From a virus (taxonomy: Duplodnaviria; Caudoviricetes), in IMG/VR virus record IMGVR_UViG_3300044940_000186, positions 1 to 34,950 of that record: a DNA stretch of 34,950 bases; one strand, given 5' to 3'. The position numbers were made by a program, and so were the translations under genes. The notes under the pieces are model-generated. The model made no database searches. It saw only the letters and a program-made list of their open reading frames with translations, and was not told the origin of the DNA. Positions 34,774-34,950 of the stretch are shown piece by piece. The number at the start of each line of letters is the position of its first letter. The first letter of the stretch is position 1.

Positions 34774-34801
34774 CTAGTCAAAAGTAAGAAAAACTAGTCT
34801 A

Positions 34802-34950
34802 AAATATCAGGGGGAATAAAAAAGGGGGGGGGGTAGGAAATTCGGAAACCAATATTTTTTTCAAGGTAATAAATGTCAAAATGAAATTAAAAAAACAAAA
34901 ATACCTAGGCGATAAATAAAAAAATAATTTAAATATCTATTGACTTAAGG
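34802..34950. repeat. Terminal direct repeat, right copy
   Basis: Matches 1..148 with one extra G. Confidence 0.95.

Overview
The window looks like a complete ~34.8 kb tailed-phage genome with a podovirus-like (P22/T7-type) virion module. Positions 1..148 recur at 34802..34950, differing by one G in a poly-G tract. A short + strand early arm (34074..34301, then 229..6415) holds small hypothetical genes, SSB/OB-like proteins, PD-(D/E)xK nucleases, a DUF6745-like tetrapeptide-repeat gene pair and an exported metzincin protease. A long - strand late arm (33024..6426) runs: lysis genes, tailspike, terminase, portal, scaffold, major capsid, tail fibre, adaptor/nozzle, ejection proteins (the largest with a C-terminal lysozyme), and a VRR-NUC nuclease. 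I could not recognise a DNA polymerase, primase, helicase, RNA polymerase, integrase or tRNA. The most striking unexplained signal is a structured intergenic segment at ~675..770. Its predicted single-stranded parts (TTCCTTTTT and GTTAGTTGT) are complementary to a bipartite ACAACTAA...AAAAAGGAA motif over the ribosome-binding sites of several early genes, which suggests a phage antisense-RNA circuit. The ~1.9 kb control region (33031..34950) also carries G-quadruplex motifs, iteron-like repeats, microsatellites, paired palindromes and a diverged 191-bp tandem duplication. All protein calls come from motif recognition by eye, not database searches.
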